A stretch of 20,000 nt of DNA, from the NCBI GenBank assembly GCA_030167865.1, contig JALAGF010006284.1, positions 47,780 to 67,779 on the forward strand, read 5' to 3'. Origin of the DNA: Craspedostauros australis. Its lineage: Eukaryota. A program made the position numbers and the translations under genes. Below the pieces are notes generated by a model. That model worked only from the letters and a program-made list of their open reading frames with translations, ran no database searches and was not told the DNA's origin. Shown here piece after piece: positions 18,605-20,000 of the stretch; the stretch's first letter is position 1, and every line of letters begins with the position of its first letter.

Positions 18605-19788
18605 AGAGAGTGAAAGCAATGTTGGATATGCCTACAAACTTCATCTGTGATATTTGCGTGCAATTAGCAGCGACTCCCTTCATAGTCCAGCCAAGGAAGC
18701 TTTGCTCATTGCCCATTTCATCCGATGCATCATACATGGTGTGCTCCTGGATTCTCTGAGGATCGGTGCCCTCTGATATGACCAGGAACTTGGACCAACA
18801 CGCATTTTGCATCCTTTGGAGCTCCTGATTGCCATANNNNNNNNNNNNNNNNNNNNNNNNNNNNNNNNNNNNNNCATAGCAATAGTTCTGTGTAGACTGC
18901 ATGAGGAGCTTCTATTGGACAGCAAACTGCTGATCCATCTCCATGATATGGTGATCAAGAAGTCTCTGCCATCGATATTGGCAAGAGAGACTTGAACAAG
19001 CCAGGAAGTAGCAGGGACGAAATGCTTGCGCCTCTGTTATTGGACTTCTGGTAGTGGCAAAGTTGCGACAGAAGAGATGGCAACAAAAATCTCACAATAC
19101 TAGGCTATGAAGAGGAGAAAGAGAGATATGCATTGCATGCAACTCAGGACACACCCATTAATGATCCTACCNNNNNNNNNNNNNNNNNNNNNNNNNNNNN
19201 NNNNNNNNNNNNNNNNNNNNNAGAGAGTGAAAGCAATGTTGGATATGCCTGCAAACGTCATCTATGATATTTGCGTGCAATTAGCAGTGACTCCCTTCAT
19301 AGTCCAGCCAAGGAAGCTTTGCTCATTGCCCATTTCATCCGATGCATCATACATGGTGTGTTCCTGGATTCTCTGAGGATCGGTGCCCTCTGATATGACC
19401 AGGAACTTGGACCAACACGCATTTTGCATCCTTTGGAGCTCCTGATTGCCATANNNNNNNNNNNNNNNNNNNNNNNNNNNNNNNNNNNNNNCATAGCAAT
19501 AGTTCTGTGTAGACTGCATGAGGAGCTTCTATTGGACAGCAAACTGCTGATCCATCTCCATGATATGGTGATCAAGAAGTCTCTGCCATTGATATTGGCA
19601 AGAGAGACTTGAACAAGTCAGGAAGTAGCAGGGACGAAGTGCTTGCGCCTCTGTTATTGGACTTCTGGTAGTGGCAAAGTTGCGACAGAAGAGATGGCAA
19701 CAACAATCTCACAATACTAGGCTATGAAGAGGAGAAAGAGAGATATGCATTGCATGCAACTCAGGACACACCCATTAATGATCCTACC
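18605..19788. repeat. Direct duplication of a 567-bp unit (18605-19171 and 19222-19788) separated by a 50-N gap
   Basis: Offset is 617. By eye there are 9 substitutions in 529 called bases, and both copies carry a 38-N run at the same position (18837-18874 and 19454-19491). Confidence 0.95.
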
Positions 19789-19898
19789 ATCATTTTTGTC
19801 TCAACATGTGATGCGATAACATGCAACAGAGCATCCAGACCAGAGCAGTCTTGAAAGAGCACTACCGTAAAAATCACAAGGGGAAAGCAAAAGCAAAG

Positions 19899-19968
19899 TA
19901 CCATGCCAGGAGTCGAACTCGGAACCTCAGTGAGAATTACTGGCGCTCTACCATTGAGCTACAAGCGT
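19899..19968 (-). pseudogene. Degenerate tRNA-like sequence (tRNA pseudogene or tRNA-derived SINE head)
   Basis: Minus strand reads ACGCTTG TA GCTC AATGGTA GAGC G CCAGT AATTCTC ACTGA GGTT CCGAG TTCGACT CCTGG CATGGTA. The D-arm/A box and the GTTCGA B box are intact. The acceptor stem pairs poorly, the anticodon loop lacks U33, and the T stem has a mismatch. It is followed by CTTTGCTTTTGCTTT. Confidence 0.75.
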
Positions 19969-20000
19969 TGCAATTGCTGAACCAAACACAAGTGAAATAA

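Noticed and set aside
18579..19612. Short ORFs within the duplicated unit as transposon proteins
   Set aside because: They span N runs, have stops nearby and show no RT, integrase or transposase motif that I can recognise.
19899..19968. Functional tRNA-Glu(TTC)
   Set aside because: Only 3 of 7 acceptor pairs form in register, U33 is absent, and the anticodon and T stems have mismatches.

Overview
Gene-dense eukaryotic window, most likely from a diatom or another alga with a complex plastid. This is inferred from a bipartite signal peptide + 'TAAFAP' (ASAFAP-like) plastid presequence, GC3-rich nearly intronless genes, CAA-rich leaders and one GT-AG intron. Seven protein genes are supported: (1) 5' part of a plastid-targeted ClpS-like adaptor (-, runs off the left edge); (2) a membrane-anchored NXPE/PC-esterase-like SGNH acyltransferase (-); (3) an IMPACT/YigZ + AlkB-type 2OG-Fe(II) dioxygenase fusion with a possible myristoylation start and C-terminal hydrophobic segments (+); (4) a membrane-anchored SAM methyltransferase (+); (5) a membrane-anchored GT-B (Glyco_trans_1_2-like) glycosyltransferase (-); (6) a CBP/p300-type acetyltransferase whose HAT domain is interrupted by a second bromodomain where the autoinhibitory loop normally lies (+); (7) a secreted C69 peptidase with a 204-nt intron (-). 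The last ~2 kb is AT-richer, with a 10-bp-period minisatellite, a 617-bp-period duplication around an N gap (probably an assembly artefact) and a degenerate tRNA-like element. The strongest leads are the split HAT, the IMPACT-AlkB fusion and a possible glycan-tailoring gene trio. All family assignments come from motif recognition by eye; no searches were run.
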